Positions 18,662 to 27,151 of a stretch of DNA of 64,000 nt are shown here, in pieces. Position 1 is the stretch's first letter. Each line of letters begins with the position of its first letter. A program made the translations under genes and the position numbers. The DNA is from an uncultured Candidatus Saccharibacteria bacterium (GTDB taxonomy: Bacteria > Patescibacteriota > Andersenbacteria > UBA10190), in NCBI GenBank assembly GCA_964359735.1, contig CAYHTZ010000002.1, forward strand, positions 22,937 to 86,936, given 5' to 3'. The notes under the pieces are model-generated. The model was given only the letters and a program-made list of their open reading frames with translations. It searched no databases and had not been told where the DNA came from.

Positions 18662-20188
18662 TTACGGGGCAGTGCGGAGCAGCTTGCGGAAGCGCAGATA
18701 TTCAGTCAGGCGTAACCCTGTAAACCGCCCGATAGCGATATTCAGCGGAATGGCGAGCAGCGTGAGCTCGGGGTAGGAAAGAATAAGTGTGCGCAGGAGC
18801 TCTGAGCTCACAATGAAGTAACAGGCAATAGCTAAGAGCAGCGTAGTGGCTGTAATGGTAAGCGCGCGTTTGGCACCGGAGGTAAATTGCACCGCGATAA
18901 ACTCTTCGGCGAGGAGCATGAGAATTAAGATGGGGAAGATTGAGAAAGAAAGCACGTTGGTATTATCGCTGGCCACCCCCACGCCCAGCAGCAGCAGGAT
19001 CGCAATACTGACACTGCTTAAGACCAAGGCCATGCGGGGGAGGTAGAGGAGGTGAAGCTTGCGCACAACGAGGCGAGTGATTGTGCCGGCGGCTAGCACC
19101 GCGGCGAAGACTAAGAGTCCGTACTTGAGACCCAATACCAGAAATGAGAGCGCCGTCATGGCCGGGGTGATGAGCCCGAACGCTTTAATGCCGATCACCT
19201 GTCGAGTGAAAGCCAGAATGGTGGCAATGACAGGCAACATCAGAATCAGAATTAGGCTGTTAATGGGCACACCTCGATTTACCAGGTAGTTCACGCCGAA
19301 AGAAAGAAAGTTGGTTGGGCCAATGTCGCGGACGGTGCGTGCGCTAAAGCTTCCCAAGAGACGGTGCTCAAGGGGTGAGGCGAAGACGGCCGCTTGAGCC
19401 TGCTCGGCCGACAGGGGTTTGGTTAAAAGCTCAAGCGCAGGGGGGCGGGTGAGGAGAATGTAGGCTGGCTGTAGCTGATCGAATGCCGACTGAGCTGTAG
19501 GGGCGAGGACGGCGAACGGTGTTTCGGATAGCATCACCACTCCGGTTTGGGCCAGGGTGGGGGTTAAATCGGCTAGCCGCTCAGTCTGACGGATATGTTG
19601 AGAGAATCTCGAGAGAACGTTAGCACCGACTCCTCCCGAGCTCCAAGTGATGATGAGCCGGGCATGCGGCAAGGTATCTTGGATACCAACGAGAGCGCGG
19701 GTGAGCTCTTCTTCGATAAGCACCTCGGGCCCGCCGCCCTTGGCGTGCAACGTAATCAGGAATAAATCATTCCCAGCGGCTTGTCGGATGTGAAGCTTAA
19801 GTTGCTCCTCAGGGACAGAGGTATCAGCAATGAGAATGGCGGCGTGTTCGAAGACACGGACTTCGGTTGTATCTTCTGCGCTGTCGGTCTCAGTGACGAG
19901 GCTCGCACTAACTTTGTATACGCCTGGCTTGGCATAGGCGTGATTCACCCTCTCGCCAGTGGTGCGCACACCGTCGCCAAAATTCCAAACTACCTCGGTC
20001 AGGGGAGAGTCGGGAGGAAGGATGGAGCGGCTGATGTCGAACGAAACAGGGCGACGTACGAGGGTAGCGCGCGCCTCGCCGATATCTGCCTCTAAGGAAA
20101 CTGTGGGGGTACTCTCCTGAGCGAGCGCGCTGGCAGGAAGACACAGCAACGTGAACAGGCCGGCCGCTGTCAGCAGCGTGTTTTTCAT
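18662..20188 (-). CDS. PKD domain + 7TM (inactive-transglutaminase-associated) membrane protein
   Basis: WNFGDG...HAYAKPGVY (PKD); RQVIGIKAFG, LLYLPRM, FPILIL, GRFTGLRLTEYLRF (7TM_transglut). Confidence 0.85.
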   Translation of the reverse strand: MKNTLLTAAGLFTLLCLPASALAQESTPTVSLEADIGEARATLVRRPVSFDISRSILPPDSPLTEVVWNFGDGVRTTGERVNHAYAKPGVYKVSASLVTETDSAEDTTEVRVFEHAAILIADTSVPEEQLKLHIRQAAGNDLFLITLHAKGGGPEVLIEEELTRALVGIQDTLPHARLIITWSSGGVGANVLSRFSQHIRQTERLADLTPTLAQTGVVMLSETPFAVLAPTAQSAFDQLQPAYILLTRPPALELLTKPLSAEQAQAAVFASPLEHRLLGSFSARTVRDIGPTNFLSFGVNYLVNRGVPINSLILILMLPVIATILAFTRQVIGIKAFGLITPAMTALSFLVLGLKYGLLVFAAVLAAGTITRLVVRKLHLLYLPRMALVLSSVSIAILLLLGVGVASDNTNVLSFSIFPILILMLLAEEFIAVQFTSGAKRALTITATTLLLAIACYFIVSSELLRTLILSYPELTLLAIPLNIAIGRFTGLRLTEYLRFRKLLRTAP

Positions 20189-20661
20189 AGGGTGGGATGG
20201 GCAGGAACGGTAGTGGAGAGGGCGGCCGCCAGCGCATCGGCGGCGTCGTCCGGTTCTGGGACAGACGTAAGGTGAAGCCGCTGGGCTATTAGGCGTTGGA
20301 CTTGGTGTTTGTCGGCGCTCCCGTAGCCGGTGAGGCGCGACTTCACTTGCGAAGGAGTGATATGTTCTACGGGAATGAGGTGGCGGCGCAAGATATAGAG
20401 GAGGACGCCGCGGGCGTGGGCGGTGATGCCGGCGGTCTTAGCATTTTTGCCAAAGTACACTTCTTCCACCACGGCCTGGGCTGGCTGTGTTTCTTGAATG
20501 AGAACAGTAAGGTCTTGTCCGAGCATAGCAAGGCGGTCGGCCAGGTCTAGGGTAGGGGGTGTAGTTAAGACGCCGCAGCGAATGTACCGGGCTTCGCGAC
20601 TTACGTCAACTACTCCATACCCCGTGCGCGCGAGACCCGGGTCTAGACCAAGGACAATCAT
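20185..20661 (-). CDS. ruvC: Holliday junction resolvase RuvC
   Basis: ILGLDPG-like N-terminus (VLGLDPGLARTGYGV), TGYGSADK, DDAADALA. Confidence 0.95.
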   Translation of the reverse strand: MIVLGLDPGLARTGYGVVDVSREARYIRCGVLTTPPTLDLADRLAMLGQDLTVLIQETQPAQAVVEEVYFGKNAKTAGITAHARGVLLYILRRHLIPVEHITPSQVKSRLTGYGSADKHQVQRLIAQRLHLTSVPEPDDAADALAAALSTTVPAHPTL

Positions 20662-20665
20662 ACGG

Positions 20666-21199
20666 CTATTGTACTGTTTCGGTAAAAATACGCTCAACGT
20701 CGGGCGTGGCCGCAAGCTCTGCCAAAAGTTCCCCCAGCGCGCTCGCGGCGCTGTCGCCTACTGTTTGGGGATACTTAGCGTGGTACTGACCGGTGGCGGA
20801 GTCAAAAGTGAACTTCCACATGACTGAGTGGGGAGCCCCTAAGCTGCCACCGTGGTTTTTTAAAGTGGTGCGCAAGGTGGCGACGGTGCGGTTAGGGTTG
20901 TCGGTACGAGCCACGATGATAAGCCCGGTACCGGTTGGACCGAAGCCTTCGTATGTCACCGCCTGCGTACTCACGGCAGATTGTTTGCCCAGGAGACGAT
21001 CAATGTTGGCTTGGGGAAACCCAGCCTTGCGGGCGCGGTCGACTACATCGCGCAAGGTGGCGTTGCTGGCTGGATCAGCGCCGGCCGCGCGAGCGGCGCT
21101 GGCGATTTCAGCACTGAACTTCGTAAAGGCAGCGCCCTTCTTGGCATCGGTAGTTTCTTTGCGCCGTTTGATGTTATGCCACTTAGAATGTCCGGACAT
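20666..21199 (-). CDS. yebC: YebC/PmpR family protein (short form)
   Basis: MSGHSKWHNIKRRK, YEGFGP, TDNPNRT. Confidence 0.92.
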   Translation of the reverse strand: MSGHSKWHNIKRRKETTDAKKGAAFTKFSAEIASAARAAGADPASNATLRDVVDRARKAGFPQANIDRLLGKQSAVSTQAVTYEGFGPTGTGLIIVARTDNPNRTVATLRTTLKNHGGSLGAPHSVMWKFTFDSATGQYHAKYPQTVGDSAASALGELLAELAATPDVERIFTETVQ

Positions 21200-21803
21200 A
21201 GCTTTCGTGTACGGCTTCAATGCGAGTATTGGTTACAGTGCAGCCGGGGGATTCGCTAAAGATACCCACGACAGCTCTTTTCACTTCACTGTCCGTGACG
21301 GTTGCTTGGCTGCCGCCACGGCAACTCAGGGCAGGGGAGGCGTCGGTGAAATGAGCTGAGTGAATGTCAGCCGTAGCGTTTCGCTGCAGGATAATCCCGT
21401 TCCAGACTTGGTTTTGGGGGTGGCGCTCGTTACTGCTGAGAGTCACGGGGGAGACGGGTGTGCCCTTAAGCTCAATATTGCCGGAGACATCTAACTCAGC
21501 GAACTCGTGAGCGAATACAGTCACCCCTTCCGTAAGGGTGAGCGTGAAACCAGCAGGAACTTCCGTGCGGCCGGCCAGGATGACGGGGTTGTCTTGTGTC
21601 GTCAAGGTGGTGGATTTAGAGAGATGGGGAGGTAGGAATGTGCCCTCCGCATGCAGGGGTGTGTGGCGGCTGAGCTCCTCGGTATAGGTAGGGACACTCA
21701 AGCGTTCGCTCCACGTTTTTGATTCAGCGCGCTCAAAGAGAGTAGCACCCGCGATGCTAAGGAGCGCGAGTATGAGCAGCACAGCTGGCATTACTTTTTC
21801 CAT
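21183..21803 (-). CDS. Membrane-anchored protein with a beta-helix-like domain
   Basis: N-terminal TM; GFTLTLTEGVTV, GTPVSPVTLSS...WNGI pattern. Confidence 0.6.
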   Translation of the reverse strand: MEKVMPAVLLILALLSIAGATLFERAESKTWSERLSVPTYTEELSRHTPLHAEGTFLPPHLSKSTTLTTQDNPVILAGRTEVPAGFTLTLTEGVTVFAHEFAELDVSGNIELKGTPVSPVTLSSNERHPQNQVWNGIILQRNATADIHSAHFTDASPALSCRGGSQATVTDSEVKRAVVGIFSESPGCTVTNTRIEAVHESYVRTF

Positions 21804-21826
21804 ATACAGCAAGGGTACGGTGTTCT

Positions 21827-21966
21827 TTCCTCTGAGGGTAGCTGTAGGCACGAGAAGATACGAGTCGAGGACAAGCATCGTCCCCCGCCGAAGCGGAAAA
21901 CCACGCAGATCCAGTCTGGAGCCCGCATCCCACAAAAGCGATGCCTACAGGTACTCGCAGAGGAAC
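21827..21966 (-). ncRNA. Structured rod-like ncRNA, 6S RNA candidate
   Basis: 5' and 3' ends pair (TTCCTCTG/CAGAGGAA; CTGTAGGCA/TGCCTACAG). G-U pairs work only on the minus strand. Apical C(UUCG)G loop; dedicated promoter just upstream. Confidence 0.6.
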
Positions 21967-21971
21967 TCGCT

Positions 21972-22000
21972 ACTATAGGTTTTTTGCGGTAGAATGTCTA
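21972..22000 (-). promoter_or_regulatory. Sigma70-type promoter of the ncRNA, overlapping a divergent ruvB -10
   Basis: Minus strand TAGACA-17 bp-TATAGT; plus strand TAGAAT at 21990-21995. Confidence 0.7.
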
Positions 22001-22004
22001 GGCT

Positions 22005-23036
22005 ATGGCTATTGAGGAGGCAAAGACAACCGTCGTTGCCGCAGCGGCTGAAGAAGACGAGGCATCGTTTGATCAGGCGCTGCGCCCCCAGCGGCTGATC
22101 GACTTCATTGGCCAGAGACAAGTGAAGGACAGCCTCAAGATATTTTTGGCGGCCACGCGTGAGAGAAGCGAACCTTTGGAGCACGTGCTCCTTTCGGGCC
22201 CCCCAGGACTAGGGAAGACCAGTCTCGCGCACATTATTGCGCGAGAACTCTCGGCCAATATTCGGGTCACCACCGGGCCGGCCCTTTCTAAAGTGGCGGA
22301 CGTGGCGGCTATCCTGACGAATTTAGAAGAAGGGGATGTACTGTTTGTGGATGAGATCCACCGGCTACAGCGCACTGTGGAAGAGGTACTGTACCCGGCC
22401 ATGGAAGACTTTGCGCTGGACTTAGTGGTGGGCCAGGGGCCAGGGGCCAAGACGCTGCGCCTCGATTTGCCTCGCTTTACCTTGGTAGGGGCGACGACAC
22501 GGGTAGGCCTCTTAGGTTCTCCGTTGCGCGATCGCTTTGGTATGACGTACCGGCTCTCTTTTTATGAAGAGGCTGACATGGCGAGAATTTTACGGCGCAC
22601 TGCCACGCTGCTCAGGGTGGAAGCCACCCCCGAAGCTTTGCAGATCGTAGCGGAGAGGAGCCGGCAGACACCGCGGGTGGGGAATAGGTTGCTCAAACGC
22701 ATACGAGATTTTGCGCAGGTTCACCATAAGCGGGCAGTGACTCCCGATGTGGTCGAAGAAGCCTTGGGGTTACTCGATATCGACAAGCGAGGCCTCGACA
22801 CCATTGACCGGCATGTCTTGCGGGTTATGGTTGACCAGTTTGAAGGCGGGCCAGTTGGCCTCTCGACACTCTCTGCGGTTTTATCTGAAGAGCAACGCAC
22901 GCTGGAGGAAGTGGTGGAGCCATTCTTGATCCAGGTAGGAATGCTGCGCCGTACTCCGCGAGGGCGGGTTGTAACGCAGCGCGCCTACGAACACTTGGGC
23001 ATAGATGAGCCCGCCGAGCAGACCGCACTGTTGTGA
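22005..23036 (+). CDS. ruvB: Holliday junction branch migration helicase RuvB
   Basis: LRPQRLIDFIGQ, GPPGLGKT, DEIHRL, LYPAMED, RTPRGR. Confidence 0.98.
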   Translation: MAIEEAKTTVVAAAAEEDEASFDQALRPQRLIDFIGQRQVKDSLKIFLAATRERSEPLEHVLLSGPPGLGKTSLAHIIARELSANIRVTTGPALSKVADVAAILTNLEEGDVLFVDEIHRLQRTVEEVLYPAMEDFALDLVVGQGPGAKTLRLDLPRFTLVGATTRVGLLGSPLRDRFGMTYRLSFYEEADMARILRRTATLLRVEATPEALQIVAERSRQTPRVGNRLLKRIRDFAQVHHKRAVTPDVVEEALGLLDIDKRGLDTIDRHVLRVMVDQFEGGPVGLSTLSAVLSEEQRTLEEVVEPFLIQVGMLRRTPRGRVVTQRAYEHLGIDEPAEQTALL

Positions 23037-23515
23037 TTATCACGTTCGCTAACGCGATCACAGCGTTTCGCTTAGGGCTATTCGCTTGGTTCATTGTTTT
23101 GGTAGACGAGGAGCGCCTACCCCTGGCGGCCGGGATTTTTTTTATAACGTGGGCGCTCGATGCCGTAGACGGATGGTTAGCACGCCACTTCCACCAAGCC
23201 AGCGAGCTTGGCTCTCTCTTTGATAAGGTATCCGACCGGGTCATGATGCTCGGAACTATCTTTACGCTGCTCGCCTATGGGGTAGGGGGAGCCGCGACGG
23301 CGCTGCTGTTAGCGAAGGATGCAGGAGTATTGGTGGCCTTGGCGGCGCAGCCGCCCGAGAGGCGCCAGATTGATTTGGGGGTATTGGGCAAGATGGCTAC
23401 CTTCCTGCAAGGGGCGGCGCTGCTGTGGGTTATGCTCTCGTGGCCGTATGAGTTGGCGGTAATTCTTATCGCGGCAGGGTTTGGAGCAGGGGTGGCACTG
23501 CGAAAACTTTGGTAG
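23033..23515 (+). CDS. CDP-alcohol phosphatidyltransferase family protein
   Basis: DAVDGWLAR...SELGSLFDKVSDR signature. Confidence 0.88.
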   Translation: MIITFANAITAFRLGLFAWFIVLVDEERLPLAAGIFFITWALDAVDGWLARHFHQASELGSLFDKVSDRVMMLGTIFTLLAYGVGGAATALLLAKDAGVLVALAAQPPERRQIDLGVLGKMATFLQGAALLWVMLSWPYELAVILIAAGFGAGVALRKLW

Positions 23516-23524
23516 CCTGGTCTT

Positions 23525-24015
23525 AACCCCTTCCCGCCCTGCTACAGGGCGGCTCTCCCCTTCGTAAGGGGGAGCAAATTTGATACATTGTTACTGTGAC
23601 TCAGGTTTTTAACCGTTTCTCCGAGCGACAAAAGAGACAAGAATTACGTGAAGTGATGCCAAAAGCAGAAGTGGTTTTGTGGTCGCAACTTCAGCGTAGG
23701 CAGTTTGATGGCCACAAGTTTCGTCGCCAGTGCAGCATTGGGCGATACGTTGTGGACTTCTACTGTCCGCGGTCCAGGCTGGTGATTGAGCTTGATGGTG
23801 ATTCGCATTTCAATGATGTGGCAGAAAAGTATGATCGGGTTCGTAACCAGTATATGGAGTCACTTGGCTTAAGGGTTGTGAGGTTTACGAATGAAGATGT
23901 GAGGAAGAACTTGTCCAGGGTGTTACAGAGAATACGTGGAGCATTGGTCTCCTTTTGACTTATTTGCCCCTCCTTACGAAGGAGGGGAGAAACCGAGCAG
24001 AGCGAGGAGGGGTGG
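23525..24015. mobile_element. Putative autonomous element: DUF559 gene flanked by inverted REP-like palindromes
   Basis: Left core CTCTCCCCTT-CGT-AAGGGGGAG (23553-23574); right core CCCCTCCTT-ACG-AAGGAGGGG (23967-23987). The loops are reverse complements. Mobility is inferred. Confidence 0.55.
23596..23958 (+). CDS. DUF559 (YcjD/Vsr-like, PD-(D/E)XK fold) endonuclease
   Basis: AEVVLW, KFRRQ, YVVDFYC, IELDGDSH, VVRFTN. Confidence 0.92.
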   Translation: MTQVFNRFSERQKRQELREVMPKAEVVLWSQLQRRQFDGHKFRRQCSIGRYVVDFYCPRSRLVIELDGDSHFNDVAEKYDRVRNQYMESLGLRVVRFTNEDVRKNLSRVLQRIRGALVSF

Positions 24016-24104
24016 TTTTCGGAGCAAAAGCCTGTGGATAAGTCATTGTTTAGATGAGTGCTATGCTTATTAGAGCCAAATAGGTCTGAGTAAAACAAAC
24101 ATAA

Positions 24105-26162
24105 ATGTCGGTACAACTTGGAGCAGTCTTCATGTGGGGATTAATCAGCGCGCTGGCGCTGTTTTTTGTTTTCTCTAACCAGGTATGGGCAGCACCTACG
24201 GTTATCATCTCTGAGCTCATGTGGGATGGCACTGAGTACATAGAGCTCTTCAATACGACGAGCAGCGATGTATCTCTCTCAGGTTGGCAGCTCACCCGCC
24301 AGCAGGCCGGCAGCAGTGAAAAGACCATCGTCACCTTTGACGACGCCGATGTCATAGGCGCGGGAGAATACTTTTTAGTTGAAAAGAAAGAGGAGGCGAC
24401 GACAGTTGCGGCAGACGAGATTGCCTCAGGGCTGACACTCGTAAATACCGGAGAGGCGGTGAGACTTAAAGATTCAGCGGGGAACACAGTGGATAGTGTT
24501 AACCAGTTGAGAGCCTGGTTTGCGGGGAAGGATACCGGTGTGGGAGAGGCGATGGAGCGGTCGGACGCGACGGCGGATGGCGAGCTGGCAGAGAGCTGGC
24601 ACACGTCGACGGGGAGTGTCGGAGAGCGGGTAGGTACGCCCGGGCAGGCGAACACCGTGAAGCCCCTGAACGCAGCGCCGCAAGCAGTGGTGAGTGCGCT
24701 CAGTGATGAAGCAGCGGTGAACGAGCTCCTCACGTTTTCCGCGGAGGATTCCAGTGACCCAAACGGAGATGTGCTCACCTACCAGTGGGATTTTGGCGAC
24801 GGTACGAGCCCGCCAGCTGGCGGGGGGAGTGTGGTCACTCATGCATATACCAGTGGCGGCACGAAGGCCGTGACCGTAACAGTGAGCGACGGGGCGCTTT
24901 CCGCCGCCGCATCCTTACAGGTGACGGTTTCAACACCAGTGTACTCGAATGAAGTTATTATCAACGAGTTTTTACCGGACCCGGTAGGGAGCGATACGGA
25001 CAATGAATTTATTGAGCTCTTGAATAGCGGAGGAAGCTCAGTTGACCTCTCTGGTTGGAAACTCGATGATGCTGACGGCGGCAGCTCTCCCTTTTCAATT
25101 GCGAGTGGAACCGTTGTATCTGCCGGCGGCTACGCCAGCTTTACGAGAACAGTCACCAAGCTGGCTCTCAATAACGACGGCGACAGCGTGCGGCTGCTCT
25201 CGCCAGACGGTGGTGTTAAAGCCTCAACGAGTTACGATGATTCTTCAGAAGGACTTTCGTGGAATCGCACGGACTCCGGAGGATATCAGGAGAGCACGAC
25301 ACTGACGGCAGGAGCCAAGAATGTGGTTACGGCACCGGTAGTAGCCACTGAGGCCAAAGAAGGAGAGACGACGCCGACCCCGAAGGTATCTACATCGGAG
25401 CAAGCAGCTGCCAAAGGGAAAGTAGCCGGAACGAGCGTGAAGACAGTTGCTTTACAAGCAATTCGCAATGAAGAGGAAGGTACGATTGTCACAGTTGAAG
25501 GAGTAGTCAGTGCCCCGCCGGGAGTGTTGGGTAAAGGTATTTTGTACCTGGCAGGGTCAGGAATACAGGTATATTTTTCGGAAGATGAGTATCCCGAACT
25601 GGCGGTGGGCGATAAGGTAAAACTCACCGGAGAACTCGCCTCGTATTTAGGAGAAACACGGATCAAGTTGGCGGCTCTTACCGACATGGCAACGTCCGGG
25701 AAGGCGGAGGAGCCGCTACCCCACCAGGTAAAGACGGGAGAGGTAGGAGAAGAGGTCGAGGGCTTCCTCATCGTGATCGTGGGCAAGGTTACGGAGACGT
25801 CAGGAGACACCTTTTATGTGGATGATGGGAGCGGGCCGGTGAAAGTGTTTATTAAGGAGAGCACCGGCATTGAGAAGCCAAAGATGAAGAAAGGGAGTGT
25901 AGTCACCATTACCGGGGTAGTGTCGCAGACGAACAGCGGCTACCGAATACTACCGCGCTTTCAAGAAGACGTGCGACTCGGAGCAGTGGCGGGCCTCAAA
26001 ACTTTTCCGGGAACTGGAGTACGGGGCGGCTTCGCCCGGCAGAGCGGCCTCTTAGATGCTAGCGACATCTTGCTGTTTACAGTTGTCGTGCTCTGGTTGT
26101 CAGTAGCAATCGGGCGTGATAGCGTCAAGTTCTATGAACATCGTGGTGCTGGGCGGAGGTAA
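24105..26162 (+). CDS. Surface protein: two lamin-tail domains, PKD and OB-fold domains, C-terminal TM
   Basis: ISELMW..EYIEL..LSGWQL; WDFGDG; INEFLPDP..EFIEL..LSGWKL; FYVDDGSG...ILPR. Confidence 0.85.
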   Translation: MSVQLGAVFMWGLISALALFFVFSNQVWAAPTVIISELMWDGTEYIELFNTTSSDVSLSGWQLTRQQAGSSEKTIVTFDDADVIGAGEYFLVEKKEEATTVAADEIASGLTLVNTGEAVRLKDSAGNTVDSVNQLRAWFAGKDTGVGEAMERSDATADGELAESWHTSTGSVGERVGTPGQANTVKPLNAAPQAVVSALSDEAAVNELLTFSAEDSSDPNGDVLTYQWDFGDGTSPPAGGGSVVTHAYTSGGTKAVTVTVSDGALSAAASLQVTVSTPVYSNEVIINEFLPDPVGSDTDNEFIELLNSGGSSVDLSGWKLDDADGGSSPFSIASGTVVSAGGYASFTRTVTKLALNNDGDSVRLLSPDGGVKASTSYDDSSEGLSWNRTDSGGYQESTTLTAGAKNVVTAPVVATEAKEGETTPTPKVSTSEQAAAKGKVAGTSVKTVALQAIRNEEEGTIVTVEGVVSAPPGVLGKGILYLAGSGIQVYFSEDEYPELAVGDKVKLTGELASYLGETRIKLAALTDMATSGKAEEPLPHQVKTGEVGEEVEGFLIVIVGKVTETSGDTFYVDDGSGPVKVFIKESTGIEKPKMKKGSVVTITGVVSQTNSGYRILPRFQEDVRLGAVAGLKTFPGTGVRGGFARQSGLLDASDILLFTVVVLWLSVAIGRDSVKFYEHRGAGRR

Positions 26163-27147
26163 CGGCACCTCTCGGCTGCTGGCGGCGCTCTTACCGCTGC
26201 TGTTGGATGAAACGGTTACCTCCTTGCATGCCTTGGTGAGCACAGCAGATGATGGGGGGTCAACAGGAATGCTGCGGGCTCAGTATGGCGTGGGTTCAAT
26301 GGGCGATCTCACCAAGAGTCTGATGGCGCTGTCTCCTCTGCGAGGCGATATCCGGGGAGACGAGCTTTTGCGGGCGCTGAACTACCGTTTCCACGAAGGA
26401 GATTTTGCGGGGCACACCTTACGTAATATTCTGCTCGCCGTCTTTGAGCTTACGAGGGGCGACATTGATAGTGCGATTGCGATTTTTGCCCGCCTTCTCC
26501 AGATTCGACAGCCAAGTGGTGTGGTTCCAACTACTTTGAAGCCATTGCGACAGTTAGTGGAAGTAGAAGTTGGTGGACAGCGCAGCATCTTAGGCGAAGG
26601 CCAGCACTTCATTTCTCATAAGGTAAATTTGCAGATTGACCCGGCGTGGAAACCGGGAACAGTCCGTGTGACGTTTGAGGAAGACTTACCGCTGAACCCG
26701 CGGGCAGAGCAGATTTTGAAAGAAGCAACCCATATTATTGTGGCGCCTGGCCACACGTATGGAACAATTCTACCTTCACTTGCTTTACCAGCACTAAAAG
26801 AGGTGATTAAAAAAAGTGCCGCCAAGTTATGGGTAGTCATGACTTTACTTTCAACACCACGCCAGACCGCAGGCTGGAGCGGTGAGGACTTCGTGCGCGT
26901 GTACGAGTCCTACCTCGGGCGGAAAGTGGATAAGGTGATTGCTAATACCAGACATCTGAAGGTACTTCTTGCTCCTCAACAGACCTGGGTAGAGTTTACG
27001 GAGCACGAGCATCCGTACGAATTAGTAAAAGGAGATTTGGCAGCAGTTGAGGATCAGACTTACGGGCCTGGTGATGTAGTGCCGCGGGCGATTGTCATTC
27101 ACGATAAAGAGAAGCTGGAACAGGTGTTTCGCGATATACTGGTCTAG
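26134..27147 (+). CDS. YvcK/GlmR (UPF0052, CofD-like) family protein
   Basis: IVVLGGGNG, ADDGGSTG.LR, GHTLRN, APGHTYGTILP. Confidence 0.88.
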   Translation: MNIVVLGGGNGTSRLLAALLPLLLDETVTSLHALVSTADDGGSTGMLRAQYGVGSMGDLTKSLMALSPLRGDIRGDELLRALNYRFHEGDFAGHTLRNILLAVFELTRGDIDSAIAIFARLLQIRQPSGVVPTTLKPLRQLVEVEVGGQRSILGEGQHFISHKVNLQIDPAWKPGTVRVTFEEDLPLNPRAEQILKEATHIIVAPGHTYGTILPSLALPALKEVIKKSAAKLWVVMTLLSTPRQTAGWSGEDFVRVYESYLGRKVDKVIANTRHLKVLLAPQQTWVEFTEHEHPYELVKGDLAAVEDQTYGPGDVVPRAIVIHDKEKLEQVFRDILV

Positions 27148-27151
27148 GTTT

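Noticed and set aside
21827-21966. tRNA or SRP RNA; also the ORF-track extension to 21935
   Set aside because: There is no cloverleaf or TTCGA arm and no SRP GGAA-loop motif. The ORF extension is better explained as read-through of the structured RNA.
23525-24015. Classical IS element
   Set aside because: There is no DDE or HUH transposase and no evident target-site duplication. It is kept only as a candidate non-classical element.
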